Translations under genes and position numbers: made by a program
In this document: positions 9,882 through 20,457 of the stretch, in pieces
Layout: every line of letters starts with the position of its first letter
How positions within the stretch are numbered: the stretch's first letter is position 1
Notes under the pieces: generated by a model
Databases searched by the model: none
What the model was told of the DNA's origin: nothing
The model's input: the letters and a program-made list of their open reading frames with translations, nothing else
DNA from: Chloroflexota bacterium
Lineage (GTDB): Bacteria; Chloroflexota; Limnocylindria; QHBO01
Assembly: GCA_040902225.1 (NCBI GenBank)
Contig: JBBDXT010000004.1
Location: forward strand, 320,376 to 384,375
Reading direction: 5' to 3'
DNA: 64,000 bases

Positions 9882-12785
9882 ATGCACCCGGCCATGCAGC
9901 GGCGCCGTCATCGGCTGATGATCCGCCGCACCACCCAGCGTCGCAGTCCGCGACGCGGGCTCGCAACGTTCCTCATGGTTCTGGTCGGCGTCTTTGTCCT
10001 GTTCATCGGCGGCTCGATCGCGGGGACTGGCGCCGGCCTGCTGGCCGCGTACAGCTACTTCTCGACCGGCCTGCCCGACCCGCACATCATCGACGGCATC
10101 GCGATGCCGGCCAGCACGTACGTCTACGACCGCACCGGGACCCAGCTGCTGGCCCGTTTCGAATGCGAGAACCGCGAAGAGGTCCGATTCGCGGAGCTCC
10201 CCACCTGGATCGTGGACGCCACCGTTGCTGCCGAGGATCGCACCTTCTGGACCAACGATGGCATCGACTACACCGCCGTCGCGCGCGCCGCGCTGGCGAA
10301 CCTCGAGGCAGGGTCAATCGTCCAGGGTGCCAGCACGATCACCCAGCAGGTGATCAAGTACGCAGGCTCGATCAAGCTGGAGCAGGCGGAGAACGAGCCA
10401 CCAACCTCTGCGGCGCCTTCGGTGGAGCTGGATCCCGGGACCGCGCCGACCTCGACCGACCCATGCGAGCAGCCCGACCTCACCTTCCTGGAGGGCCGTG
10501 GGTTCGGTGACAAGATTCGCGAGCAGATCCTCGCCCGCCAGGTGACGGCGGCCTATCCGGGCCGGCCCGGCAAGGAGCGGATCCTCGAGACCTATCTCAA
10601 CCTGATCTATTACGGGAATCGCTCCTACGGCATCAAAGCAGCCTCGGCCAACTTCTTCGGCACGTCGGACCTGAGCAAGCTGAGCCTGGCACAGGGAGCC
10701 TTCCTGGCAGGGCTGCCGCAGCTCCCCAGCTATTACGACCCGTACCAGCCGGTCGAGAGTCCGCGCGGTCCGGCGCGAGCCATCGCGCGCCGCGACGACG
10801 TGCTGAGCGACATGCTCGAGGAGGGATACATCACCCAGCGCGAACACGACGAGGCGGTCGCCGTCACCTGGGAGGCGATGAACCCGAGCAAGGTGACCTC
10901 GGTCCTGCGCGAGCCGCACTTCTCGTTCCGCGTGCAGCACGAGGTCGAGCGCATCCTGGAGGCGATGGGGGTCGCGAATCCCGAGCAGGCGGTGCGGACC
11001 GGCGGCTACCGGATCACCACCACGCTCGACTACCAGTTGCAGCAGGTCGCCAAGGAGCAGGTGCGGTACTACGTGGACTGTCTCGCGGGCCTGACGAGAT
11101 CGAAAACGGCTGGCATCGCCTGCGGCGACAAGAACGTACACAACGGGGCGCTGGTGGCCATCAACTCAGCCACCGGCGAGATCGTCGCCTACGTCGGCAG
11201 CGTCGACTACTACAACCGCAAGGATCCGCGGGTGCGGGGTCAGTTCGACGTGGCCGGGCTCGGCCTGCGCCAGCCCGGTTCCGCCTTCAAGCCGATCACC
11301 TACAGCTCGGCCTTCCGCGCCCGCCAGGCGACCCCGGCGACCTTCTTCCTGGACGCCGTGGTGCAGTACGGCTCGTCGAACCCTGAGCAGGCCTACATCC
11401 CCACCAACGCGAACATCAAGGAGCACGGTCCGGTCCTGGCCGTGGACGCGCTGCGCTACTCGCTGAACGTGCCCTCGGTGATGATGCAGTACCTGGTCGG
11501 AGTGGACGTGACGGCCCAGTTCGCACAGTCGATGGGGGTCGCCAGCTCGGAGTACATCCTCGGCCAGGATCCAGGCCTGACCCTCACCCTCGGATCGGTG
11601 GAGATCAACCTGACCAACATGACGCAGGCGTACGGCGTCTTCGCCGCGGAGGGAACGCTGCATCCTTCGACGGCGGTGCTGCAGATCCGCGACCGCGACG
11701 GCAAGGTGATCTACGACATCGCCGAGAACGGCCCGAAGGCGACCGAGCCGATGACTCCCGCGGAGGCCTACCTGACCCACTGGATCCTGGAGGGCAACAC
11801 CAACCCCCGGACCAACGACCTCTGGGGCCCGCCGTCCCAGATCTTCGACCCCAGCGGGCAGCGTCGCCACGCGGCGCTCAAGACCGGCACCACCAATGAC
11901 TTCAAAGATGTATCCGCGTTTGGATACATCCCCGGCAGCCTGGTCACGGGCGTCTGGATGGGCAACAGCAACCAGGAGCCGCTCTCCAACAAGCTCGGGC
12001 AGGGCCTGTACAGCGCCGATGGTCCGCTCTACCTGTGGCACGACTTCATGAAGCTCGCCATCAACCAGGCGTGGGACTGGAACGGACAGGCCCCGGTCCC
12101 CAACAAGGACTTCGTGCAGCCGCCGGGGGTCGTGACCGCGTCCGTCTGTCGCTTCAGCGGGATGTCGCCGACCGGCGCCTGCGGGCCGACGATCGAGGTT
12201 CCGTTCCTGGATGGGACGATCCCGCCGCGCGACAACGTGCACGTCAACAAGCGCGGCAGCACCGGCGCCGTGTCCACTCCCGATGCTTCCGGCAATGGCG
12301 GCGGACGCCAGGTGAGCGGCACGTGCTTCGACGTTGTGGCCGAGGTCGCCCAGGACGGCCGTCGACCGCGCGAGATGGTGGCCGCCGCGAGACGATGGTC
12401 CGATCGCTTCGTCAACGGCCAATGGGGCCCGCGAGGGAGCTCGAATCAGATCGGGATCCTTGGACCCGAGAAGGTGTGGCTGCTGATCGCTCCGCTGCGG
12501 GGCAACACCGGCTTTGGCGCCCCGATCTGCGGGACGATCCGCGCCACGCCAACCCCGGAACCGACCCCGAAGGGGAGCGGCGGTGGTGGCGGCGGTGGTG
12601 GCGGCGGATGCGGGCCCGGCAATTCGGACAAATGCACCCCCGCGCCGACGCCTGCGCCGGAGGGAGCCCTTCCCATCCAGTCGCCAGCCCTCGTGACCTT
12701 GTTCGCTGTGCCCGCGATTCTTGGGATGGTGCCCCTCGCCGCCCGAGTCGGTCGCTGGGGGAGGCGCCGATTTCGGCGTCGCTGA
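9882..12785 (+). CDS. class A penicillin-binding protein (bifunctional transglycosylase/transpeptidase, PBP1A-like)
   Basis: The GT51 motifs EDRTFWTNDGIDY and GASTITQQVIK and a transpeptidase domain with SAFKP (SxxK) are present. The protein has an N-terminal Arg-rich cytoplasmic tail plus TM. Its C-terminus carries a Gly10 tract, a PT-rich linker, a second hydrophobic segment and an RRRFRRR tail. Confidence 0.9.
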   Translation: MHPAMQRRRHRLMIRRTTQRRSPRRGLATFLMVLVGVFVLFIGGSIAGTGAGLLAAYSYFSTGLPDPHIIDGIAMPASTYVYDRTGTQLLARFECENREEVRFAELPTWIVDATVAAEDRTFWTNDGIDYTAVARAALANLEAGSIVQGASTITQQVIKYAGSIKLEQAENEPPTSAAPSVELDPGTAPTSTDPCEQPDLTFLEGRGFGDKIREQILARQVTAAYPGRPGKERILETYLNLIYYGNRSYGIKAASANFFGTSDLSKLSLAQGAFLAGLPQLPSYYDPYQPVESPRGPARAIARRDDVLSDMLEEGYITQREHDEAVAVTWEAMNPSKVTSVLREPHFSFRVQHEVERILEAMGVANPEQAVRTGGYRITTTLDYQLQQVAKEQVRYYVDCLAGLTRSKTAGIACGDKNVHNGALVAINSATGEIVAYVGSVDYYNRKDPRVRGQFDVAGLGLRQPGSAFKPITYSSAFRARQATPATFFLDAVVQYGSSNPEQAYIPTNANIKEHGPVLAVDALRYSLNVPSVMMQYLVGVDVTAQFAQSMGVASSEYILGQDPGLTLTLGSVEINLTNMTQAYGVFAAEGTLHPSTAVLQIRDRDGKVIYDIAENGPKATEPMTPAEAYLTHWILEGNTNPRTNDLWGPPSQIFDPSGQRRHAALKTGTTNDFKDVSAFGYIPGSLVTGVWMGNSNQEPLSNKLGQGLYSADGPLYLWHDFMKLAINQAWDWNGQAPVPNKDFVQPPGVVTASVCRFSGMSPTGACGPTIEVPFLDGTIPPRDNVHVNKRGSTGAVSTPDASGNGGGRQVSGTCFDVVAEVAQDGRRPREMVAAARRWSDRFVNGQWGPRGSSNQIGILGPEKVWLLIAPLRGNTGFGAPICGTIRATPTPEPTPKGSGGGGGGGGGGCGPGNSDKCTPAPTPAPEGALPIQSPALVTLFAVPAILGMVPLAARVGRWGRRRFRRR

Positions 12786-12800
12786 TGCGACAATCACGGC

Positions 12801-14060
12801 GTGGCGCAGTCGATCCTGACCCTGGTCCTGGCTGGCGGAGAGGGTGAGCGGCTCTCGATCCTGTCGCAGGTCCGTGCCAAACCGGGCGTTCCGTTCGGCG
12901 GCAAGTACCGGATCATCGACTTCGCGCTCTCAAACGCGGTGAACTCCGGCCTCACCGATGTCGCGGTCCTGACGCAGTACGCGCCCCGATCGCTGATCGA
13001 CCATATCGGTGTCGGGCGACCCTGGGACCTCGACCGCAGCCGGGGCGGCGTCACCCTCCTGCAGCCGTACCTCGGCCGTGGACGCACCCGCGAGTGGTAT
13101 CGCGGCACGGCGGACGCAGTCCTGCAGAACGTGGAGTTCATCGCCGACCGCGACCCCGAGTTGGTGGTGATCCTTGCCGGGGACCACGTCTACAAGATGG
13201 ACTACCGGCCGTTCATCGAGCGGCATCGCAACTCCCGGGCGGATATCACGTGCGCGGTGCGCACGGTGCCGATCGAGGACGCGCATCGGTTCGGGATTCT
13301 CGAGGCCGATGAGGATGGCTGGATCACCGCATTCGTCGAAAAGCCGGCGAAGCCGACCAGCAACCTGGTCAGCATGGGCGTCTACGTCTTCGGGTGGCCG
13401 CACCTGCGCTCGGTGCTCTCTGCCGACCGGGTTGATTTCGGCCGCGATGTGCTGCCGGCCATGGTCGCCGCCGGCAGGCGGGTCGGCGCGTACTCCTACG
13501 GCGGCTACTGGCAGGACGTCGGAACGGTCGAGAGCTACTGGCAGACGAGCCTCGACCTGCTCTCCGACGACCCCGGGATCGACCTCTACGACCGCGGCTG
13601 GCTGATCTACACCAGGAGCGAGGAACGCGCCCCGGCGCTGATCGGGCCGGCGGCGAAGGTGACGCGCAGCATGGTGAGCCACGGGTGCGTGATCCATGGC
13701 ACGGTGGAGCACAGCATCCTGTCACCGGGGGTCCGTGTCGAGGAGGGCGCCGTGGTGCGTGACTCGATCGTGATGTTCGATACCGTGATCGGTGCGGGTG
13801 CCAGCATCGACCGCGCCATCCTCGACAAGGACTGCGTGGTCGGTCCCGGCAGCCGGGTCGGCGACGGCGATGACCTGCGGCCAAACCGTGACGAGCCCGA
13901 GCGCCTCTTTGCCGGGATCACGCTGGTTGGCAAGCGCGCCCGGATCCCCAGCGGGATCGTCATCGGGCGCAACTGCCGGATCGACCCGAGCGTCGAAGAG
14001 GCCGACTTCGGACGCCGCCGCAGGATCCGATCGGGCACGACGGTGGCCCACCCTGGCTGA
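12801..14060 (+). CDS. glgC: glucose-1-phosphate adenylyltransferase
   Basis: The gene has a GTG start. The N-terminal LAGGEGERLSILSQVRAKPGVPFGGKYRIIDFALSN is typical of GlgC, and it has a C-terminal left-handed beta-helix. Confidence 0.9.
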   Translation: MAQSILTLVLAGGEGERLSILSQVRAKPGVPFGGKYRIIDFALSNAVNSGLTDVAVLTQYAPRSLIDHIGVGRPWDLDRSRGGVTLLQPYLGRGRTREWYRGTADAVLQNVEFIADRDPELVVILAGDHVYKMDYRPFIERHRNSRADITCAVRTVPIEDAHRFGILEADEDGWITAFVEKPAKPTSNLVSMGVYVFGWPHLRSVLSADRVDFGRDVLPAMVAAGRRVGAYSYGGYWQDVGTVESYWQTSLDLLSDDPGIDLYDRGWLIYTRSEERAPALIGPAAKVTRSMVSHGCVIHGTVEHSILSPGVRVEEGAVVRDSIVMFDTVIGAGASIDRAILDKDCVVGPGSRVGDGDDLRPNRDEPERLFAGITLVGKRARIPSGIVIGRNCRIDPSVEEADFGRRRRIRSGTTVAHPG

Positions 14061-14100
14061 GGGCGCACCACCCCTCGACGCCTGGCTGGCGGAGCTGGGC

Positions 14101-14628
14101 GTGGAGGTCATCGGCGGCGGGGGCGCATCCGGCGACGCGGCCTTCAGCCGCGACCTGCTGCTCGATGGCGCGCGACGATTCGACCTGCGGACCACGGTGG
14201 CCTGGGTCGACGGCGTTGGGCTGTCGGTCTGGGCGTACTACGGCACCGAGGAGATGGAGGTGCCGAAGCGGGTCTACGCCCTCATGCTCCGAGCCAATTA
14301 CGAGTATCCCTTCGTGAAGTTCGCCCTGACCGATGACGACCGCCCGATGCTCATGACAGAGCTTCCGCCCGATGGCCTGGATCGAGAGGCACTGGCCCGC
14401 TCCCTGGTGCGCCTGACGGTCGTCGCCGACCGGCTCCTGGACGAGACCGCGGCGGCCGTCTCCGACCGCGGCAACCTGCCGGATTGGAGCGGTCGAACGC
14501 CGCGCAACGAGGCCCTGCTGGCAGCCCACCGGGACGAGGTCGAGGCAAGCATGCCGGAGTGGGAGCCCGCGCCGGCCCGTCCGCCGCGGCGTGGCCTGTT
14601 CGAGCGACTGATGGGCAGCAACCGTTGA
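14101..14628 (+). CDS. YbjN-like domain protein (putative sensory transduction regulator / chaperone-like)
   Basis: The ORF 13792..14628 lies in a different frame from glgC. After the glgC stop its start is probably the GTG near 14101 or the CTG at 14053. The conserved core is DLLLDGARRFDLRTTVAWVDG...YEYPFVKFALTDDDRPMLMTELPPDGLD. Confidence 0.5.
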   Translation: MEVIGGGGASGDAAFSRDLLLDGARRFDLRTTVAWVDGVGLSVWAYYGTEEMEVPKRVYALMLRANYEYPFVKFALTDDDRPMLMTELPPDGLDREALARSLVRLTVVADRLLDETAAAVSDRGNLPDWSGRTPRNEALLAAHRDEVEASMPEWEPAPARPPRRGLFERLMGSNR

Positions 14629-16562
14629 GGCGCCGCCTGGGGGTGGCAATCTCCGTCGCGGTGCTGATCCTTCCGCTGCTGCCACCATCGACGGCAACCG
14701 CCGCCGAATACGAGATGTCGAGCGTTGCCGACTATGCCGTGGACCCCGGCGCCGGCGAGATCGCCGTGAGCGTGGCGGTCAGCTTCACCAATACGCTCCC
14801 CGATCCGCCGGGGCAGATCAGCGCGTTCACGCACGTCGACCTCGCCATCCAGGAGGGGGCCTCCGGGGTCGCGGCGAGGGATGGATCGGGTCAGCTGCGT
14901 GTCGAGGTCGCGGCGCGCGACGGCGCGCGGGTGGCCTCGGTCACGACGAGGTCGCGCGTGCGCTACAACCAATCGGTGAGCTTCACTCTCACCTACCGGC
15001 TGGCGGATGGTGCGGCGGCGGATCTGCATGTGCGCCCCGGGGTCGTGAAGTTTCCGGCCTGGGGATTCGGCACCAGCAGCCAGGTCACCGTCCGGCTCCC
15101 GGCCGACTACCAGGCGCGCGCCGACGGCGACCCGATGCTGACCGACCGGGACGGAGCCAGCCTGGTGTTGACCAGCGGCCCGATCCCGAATCCGGATCGC
15201 TGGCTGGCGCTCATCACGGCGGTCGCTGCGCGCAACTACGTTACCCAGTCCACGAGCGTCGCCCTGGCCAGCGGGACGGTGGACCTGCAGGTCCGTGTCT
15301 GGAGCGACGATGCGGCATGGGGTGAGCGCACCCTGTCGCTCCTCGTCAAGGCCTTGCCGATGCTGGAGCGGGCGATCGGCCTGCCGTATCCGCGTGTCGG
15401 TCCGCTGGTGGTCAGTGAAGCGGCCGCCGGCGAGCCGGGTACCGATGGATCGCCGTCGGCCAACGCGGAGATCCTGGTCGCCTTCGACGCATCCGCCTTC
15501 ACGTTGCTGCACCAGGCGGCGCACATCTGGATCAGCGACCAGCTGCTGTCCGATCGGTGGGCACGCGAGGGGCTTGCCTCTCATTTCGCGGCGGGCGTCG
15601 CCTCGCAGCTCGGGATCGAGCCACCCTACGATCCCGCCGCTCGCGCCACGGACCTCGAGGCCGATGCGCACCCGCTGGTGGACTGGGCAGGCGGCGGCGG
15701 CTCGGCGGCCGACGCCTACGGATACGCGGCCTCCTGGGCGCTCGTCGATCGGATTGGCAGCATGGTGGGGGAGGCTCGCCTGGCAACGGCGCTCAAGCGG
15801 ATCGTCGCGGGCCTATCGGCCTATGACCCGGCCGAACCGGATGGCGAGGTCGCGGATGGACGCGCGTTCCCGGCGGTCGACACGCGCCGTCTTCTCGACC
15901 AGCTCGCGGCGGTGAGCAGCGCGGACGTGTCCGACCACTTCGGCGATATGGCATTCGGTCCCGATGCGGCTGCCGACCTGGCGCTGCGGGACGCCGCTCG
16001 GACCGCGTACCAGCGCTTGTTGGCGACAGCGGGAGACTGGGGCGCCCCCGATCGGGTGCGGGCCGCCATGAGCGCCTGGCGGTTCGACGAGGCGCAGGTT
16101 GGGATCACGGAGGCATCGGGCTGGCTGGCGGAACGTGACGTACTGATCGCGAAGGTCGGTGCAGCCGGCCTCGTGCTGTCGGATCGGCTGCGCGATCGGT
16201 ACGTCGTCAACGGCGGCGGTCCCGAAGCCTCGGCCGAGCTGGAGGCGGAGGAGGCGCTGGTGGGCGCCTACGCCGCCATGCAGCAACGCACGCTGGCTCG
16301 GCGAGAACCACTCGAAGCCATCGGCCTCTTCCTTGCCGACGATCCGGCTCGGCTGCTCGCCGAGGCGGCAGGCAGCTTTGGGACGGGGGATCTACTCGCT
16401 GCGGCGGCCGCCCTCGATCGGCTGGAGCTGCAGATGAACCGAGCCCCGTCTGATGGGGCCGTGCGGCTTGCCGCCGCGGGAGTCCTGCTTGCGCTGCTCG
16501 GCCTGGGCGTGAGCGTCACCCTCCGACGCCGCTCTGGCAGCCACTACACTGCTGCCCCATGA
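14625..16562 (+). CDS. large secreted/membrane-anchored hypothetical protein (zincin-like HQAAH motif)
   Basis: The ORF 14484..16562 has its true start at the TTG at 14625, overlapping the upstream stop (TTGA), followed by the signal peptide LRRRLGVAISVAVLILPLLPPSTATAAE. There is a C-terminal TM (AAAGVLLALLGLGVSV) followed by RRR, and an HQAAH motif where zincins have HExxH. Confidence 0.5.
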   Translation: MRRRLGVAISVAVLILPLLPPSTATAAEYEMSSVADYAVDPGAGEIAVSVAVSFTNTLPDPPGQISAFTHVDLAIQEGASGVAARDGSGQLRVEVAARDGARVASVTTRSRVRYNQSVSFTLTYRLADGAAADLHVRPGVVKFPAWGFGTSSQVTVRLPADYQARADGDPMLTDRDGASLVLTSGPIPNPDRWLALITAVAARNYVTQSTSVALASGTVDLQVRVWSDDAAWGERTLSLLVKALPMLERAIGLPYPRVGPLVVSEAAAGEPGTDGSPSANAEILVAFDASAFTLLHQAAHIWISDQLLSDRWAREGLASHFAAGVASQLGIEPPYDPAARATDLEADAHPLVDWAGGGGSAADAYGYAASWALVDRIGSMVGEARLATALKRIVAGLSAYDPAEPDGEVADGRAFPAVDTRRLLDQLAAVSSADVSDHFGDMAFGPDAAADLALRDAARTAYQRLLATAGDWGAPDRVRAAMSAWRFDEAQVGITEASGWLAERDVLIAKVGAAGLVLSDRLRDRYVVNGGGPEASAELEAEEALVGAYAAMQQRTLARREPLEAIGLFLADDPARLLAEAAGSFGTGDLLAAAAALDRLELQMNRAPSDGAVRLAAAGVLLALLGLGVSVTLRRRSGSHYTAAP

Positions 16563-17620
16563 CCACCGAGGAGACGACGCTCAAGGGGACGATCGTGCCG
16601 CCTCGCTTCCTGCCGGCGGCCGACGTGCTGGCCGGCGAGACCGCCGACGTCTACTTCGAGCGGGCGCGACGCATTCTGGCCGCCGAGGGAATGGATCCGG
16701 TCGTGACGATGGAGATCTTCGCCCGCGAGCAGGCCATCCTGTGCGGCGCCGAGGAGGCCCTCGCCTACCTGCGCGCGATCCTTGGCGGCAATGGGCGCCC
16801 CGCCGGAGACCCCGCCCCGCTGGTCGAGTCGCTGCACGACGGCGACAGCATCGGCCCGAAGGAGGTGGTGATGCGGATCACCGCTCGCTACTCCTCGTTC
16901 GGCCTGTACGAGACCGCGATCCTGGGGATCCTCTCCCAGAGCACCGGCTGGGCGACTGCCGCCCGGCAGGTCGTGGAGGCGGCCGCGCCGATCCCGGTCA
17001 TCGGCTTCGGGGCACGCCACGTCCACCCCAGCGTCGCCGACCAGATGGACTACGCCTCGGTGGTGGGTGGCTGCGTCGGGGCATCGACCCCCGCCGGCGC
17101 GCGCCTGGCCGGCCTCGCTCCGACCGGGACGATGCCGCACGCGCTGATCATCATCTTCGGAGACACGGTGCGAGCCGCCGAGGCCTTCGATCGACACATC
17201 GACCCCGACGTGCCGCGCATCGTGCTGGTGGACACCTTCAAGGACGAAGCGGAGGAATCGCTGCGGGTCGCGGATGCCCTCGGCGACCGGCTGTGGGGCG
17301 TTCGGCTCGACACCCCGTCGGAACGAGGCAGGGTCACCGCCGACCTGGTCAAGGAGGTTCGCGCCAGGCTCGATCAGGCCGGTCACGCGCGCGTGAAGAT
17401 CGTGGTCTCGGGTGGCCTGGACCTGGACCGCATCGCGTATTTCAAGGCGTCCGAGGCGCCGATCGATTCGTTCGCGGTCGGATCGGCCATCTCCGATGCC
17501 TCGCCGATCGACTTCACGGGCGACCTCAAGGAGATCGATGGCCAGCCGGTCGCCAAGCGCGGCCGGATCCCGGGTCGAACCGAAAACCCACGCCTCCAGC
17601 GGGTCGACCTCGCGTCCTAG
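16559..17620 (+). CDS. pncB: nicotinate phosphoribosyltransferase family protein (type II NAPRTase-like)
   Basis: The 353-aa protein starts at an ATG overlapping the upstream stop (ATGA). Its N-terminal and central regions resemble PRTase type II / quinolinate PRTase-like folds (VIGFGARHVHPSV, TMPHALII). Confidence 0.6.
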   Translation: MTTEETTLKGTIVPPRFLPAADVLAGETADVYFERARRILAAEGMDPVVTMEIFAREQAILCGAEEALAYLRAILGGNGRPAGDPAPLVESLHDGDSIGPKEVVMRITARYSSFGLYETAILGILSQSTGWATAARQVVEAAAPIPVIGFGARHVHPSVADQMDYASVVGGCVGASTPAGARLAGLAPTGTMPHALIIIFGDTVRAAEAFDRHIDPDVPRIVLVDTFKDEAEESLRVADALGDRLWGVRLDTPSERGRVTADLVKEVRARLDQAGHARVKIVVSGGLDLDRIAYFKASEAPIDSFAVGSAISDASPIDFTGDLKEIDGQPVAKRGRIPGRTENPRLQRVDLAS

Positions 17621-18144
17621 CGGCGCGCCAGCCACAGGATGCCAACCAGCGACTTCGCATCTCGGATGCGGCCGTCGTCGATCGCCGACAGCGCGTCAGC
17701 CAGGGTGAGCCACGACCGCTCGAGCGCCTCATCCTCGGGTGGCGCGACATCGACCGGGTGCAGATCGGTCGCCAGGAACAGGGTCAGCAGCTCGGTCGAG
17801 AATCCCGGCGCCGTGTAAAAGGCGGGCCCCTCCTCCCAACGCGTGGCCGTCAGGCCGCACTCCTCCGCCAGCTCGCGCTGCGCGCTGATGAGGGGCGACT
17901 CGCCCGGCTCGCAGGTGCCGGCGGGGATCTCGAGCAGCTCGGCTGCAGCCGCCTGACGCCACTGGCGCACGGCCGCGAGCCGCTCACCGTCCCATGCCAG
18001 GATCGCCACCGCTCCGGGATGCTCGACCACCTCGCGCGTGGCACGCCCTCCCGATTCCAGCTCGACCTCGTCGACGCGCAGCGCAAGCAGCCGACCGCTG
18101 AAGGCGCGACGGCTGCTCAGTGTCCGCTCCGGCATGCCCCGCAT
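17617..18144 (-). CDS. NUDIX hydrolase (ADP-ribose pyrophosphatase-like)
   Basis: The Nudix box GTCEPGESPLISAQRELAEECGL is present. The gene is convergent with the NAPRTase gene, with a 4-nt overlap. Confidence 0.8.
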   Translation of the reverse strand: MRGMPERTLSSRRAFSGRLLALRVDEVELESGGRATREVVEHPGAVAILAWDGERLAAVRQWRQAAAAELLEIPAGTCEPGESPLISAQRELAEECGLTATRWEEGPAFYTAPGFSTELLTLFLATDLHPVDVAPPEDEALERSWLTLADALSAIDDGRIRDAKSLVGILWLARR

Positions 18145-18222
18145 GCTACCCGTTGGTCAGGCGGGGGACCCCGTCATTGGTCCGGCGGTGGAGGGAGACG
18201 CCAGCCGCTAGCATCAGCGCCG

Positions 18223-19160
<938 letters not shown>

Positions 19161-19164
<4 letters not shown>

Positions 19165-19952
19165 GGCTCGGGTACGTCTGGGCGGTCTTCAGCAAGGAAT
19201 GGCGCGACCTGCTCACCAACCGCCTGCTGCTGGGCGCCGTGGCGTTTCCGGCCCTCGTCTTCGCCGCCATCCCCACCGGCCTGGTCGCGTTCATCGAGGC
19301 CCGCGACCTGGATCCCAACCAGCTGGGTCAGATCGAGCAGTACATCGCCAACTTCCCGAACATCCCGGCCAAGCTGGCCGCCCAGGCCTTCATCGTCACC
19401 AACTTCATGGCCTACTTCCTGCTGATCCCGGCCATGGTGCCGATGGCGATCGCGACCCAATCGGTGATCGGCGAGAAGGTGGCGCGTTCGCTCGAACCGC
19501 AGCTCGCGACTCCGCTCGAGGTTTCAGAGCTGCTGACCGGGAAGACGATCGCCGCCGCGCTGCCGGCGATCACCGCCACCTGGCTGGTCTTCATCGGCTA
19601 TGGACTGGTCAACGGCCTGATCGCCGATCCGCGGCTGACGCGATTCGTGTTCAGCGAGGTGTGGATCACGGCCATGCTCACGCTGGTGCCGCTGATCTGC
19701 CTGCTGAGCGTGCTGCTGGGGATCGTGATCAGCAGCCGCGTCAACGACCCGCGGACGGCGCAGCAGATCGGCGGCTTCGTGGTGATCCCCATCATCGCCA
19801 TCGCCGTGGCCCAGTTCTTTGGTGGGAACGCCACCTTCTCGATGCAGCAGGTGCTGATCGGCGACCTGCTGGTGTCCGGCCTGATTGGGCTCACCCTGCT
19901 GATCGGGTCATGGGCCTTCGACCGCGAGTCGATCCTGACCCGCCTCACCTGA
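19161..19952 (+). CDS. ABC-2 type transporter permease
   Basis: This is a 6-TM permease whose ATG overlaps the ATPase stop, and it begins with the typical MRLGYVWAVFSKEWRDLLTNR. Confidence 0.7.
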
Positions 19953-19955
19953 CCG

Positions 19956-20447
19956 ATGGATCGTCGGGATCCTCTCCCCGTGCGCCGTTCCCTGCTGGCG
20001 GGCCTCCTGGCTGCGGCGGCAGTCGGCGGCCTCCTGCTGCTGGTGCGCCCCTTCATCTTCAGCTTCGCCCCGCCACTCGGGGACGCGAACTACACCGTCG
20101 CCTCCGCGGCAGCGATCCGCAACGGCCCGGCGCTGGTCGAGATCGTCCTGAACGAGTCGCACGACCTGCCGGGCGAGGTGCACCGCAATGAGGCCGTGGG
20201 CCTGACGGTCGTGGTCTCGCTCGTCGGGACGGACGCGTTCGCGGTGGTGGATGCCTGGAGCCCCACCAACGACTGCGCAGTGACCCTTGGCGCCGACCGG
20301 GTGGTCGATTGCGCCGGGGACACCTGGACTTTCGACGGGGTCCCGATCGACCCGGCCGACCCCGCGCTCCTTGCCTTCCCCACCACGGTCAGCAACGGCG
20401 CCGTGGTCGTGGATTTCACGCGGCCGATTTCCCCTCCCGCGTCGTAG
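19956..20447 (+). CDS. membrane-anchored hypothetical protein with a degenerate Rieske-like Cys pair
   Basis: It starts 4 nt after the ABC-2 permease stop and has an N-terminal TM (LLAGLLAAAAVGGLLLLV). Two Cys boxes, NDCAVTLG and VDCAGDTW, have Rieske-like spacing but lack the His ligands. Confidence 0.4.
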   Translation: MDRRDPLPVRRSLLAGLLAAAAVGGLLLLVRPFIFSFAPPLGDANYTVASAAAIRNGPALVEIVLNESHDLPGEVHRNEAVGLTVVVSLVGTDAFAVVDAWSPTNDCAVTLGADRVVDCAGDTWTFDGVPIDPADPALLAFPTTVSNGAVVVDFTRPISPPAS

Positions 20448-20457
20448 GATTCAGGCC

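Noticed and set aside
12580-12612. Poly-glycine-coding GGN repeat considered as a possible CRISPR, REP or other intergenic repeat
   Set aside because: It is in frame inside the PBP1A coding sequence. No CRISPR-like repeat-spacer arrays were seen anywhere in the window.
11166-12797. 543-aa minus-strand ORF and several smaller ORFs inside the PBP1A gene
   Set aside because: They are antisense to a gene with clear GT51 and transpeptidase motifs. This is a GC-driven open frame.
14298-15671. 457-aa minus-strand ORF inside the large exported protein gene
   Set aside because: It is antisense, with repetitive Arg/Gly-rich translation. The sense ORF has a signal peptide and coherent structure.
16741-18222. 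The N-terminal about 490 codons of ORF 16741..19164 (807 aa) and the minus ORF 16544..17635
   Set aside because: The long ORF is a read-through in an alternate frame of the NAPRTase gene and antisense to the NUDIX gene. The real ABC ATPase starts at the internal ATG near 18223, whose N-terminus is typical.
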